DNA of 58,568 nt from an uncultured Gammaproteobacteria bacterium (lineage in GTDB: Bacteria; Pseudomonadota; Gammaproteobacteria; UBA6002), in assembly GCA_963705725.1 (NCBI GenBank), contig CAVPKM010000011.1:1-58568 (forward strand), given 5' to 3'. Of the stretch, positions 58,562-58,568 are shown in pieces. A model generated the notes under the pieces. It saw only the letters and a program-made list of their open reading frames with translations, was not told where the DNA came from and ran no database searches. Each line of letters opens with the position of its first letter. Positions within the stretch are counted from its first letter, which is position 1. The position numbers and the translations under genes are program-made.

Positions 58562-58568
58562 TTAATCG

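Overview
AT-rich gammaproteobacterial chromosome segment, most consistent with a Legionellales/Coxiellales-like host-associated lineage (inference from the S7 insertion, rocF-rocD, orphan XRE/S24 repressor and ssb-rplQ synteny). About 30.5 kb (22.6-53.1 kb) is the tRNA/secE-nusG/rplKAJL/rpoBC/str/S10/spc/alpha cluster, all on the minus strand, and most of the rest is housekeeping. The accessory part is 1-4.8 kb: a complete IS256-family element whose end coincides with base 1, inserted into a decayed polymorphic-toxin-like locus (TPR/LRR piece, then a toxin piece with a broken Cys...YDPR C-terminal domain, then an intact ATGA-coupled putative immunity gene, then haemagglutinin-repeat-like fragments). 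Other points of interest: an orphan 407-aa protein ending in a CaaX box (CIVM), a frameshifted prfC, TAG ending half of the ribosomal-cluster genes, a probable tufB deletion scar, a tRNA-Tyr gene ending CAA instead of CCA, and a structured, possibly switchable purM leader. All family assignments come from reading motifs by eye; no searches were run.
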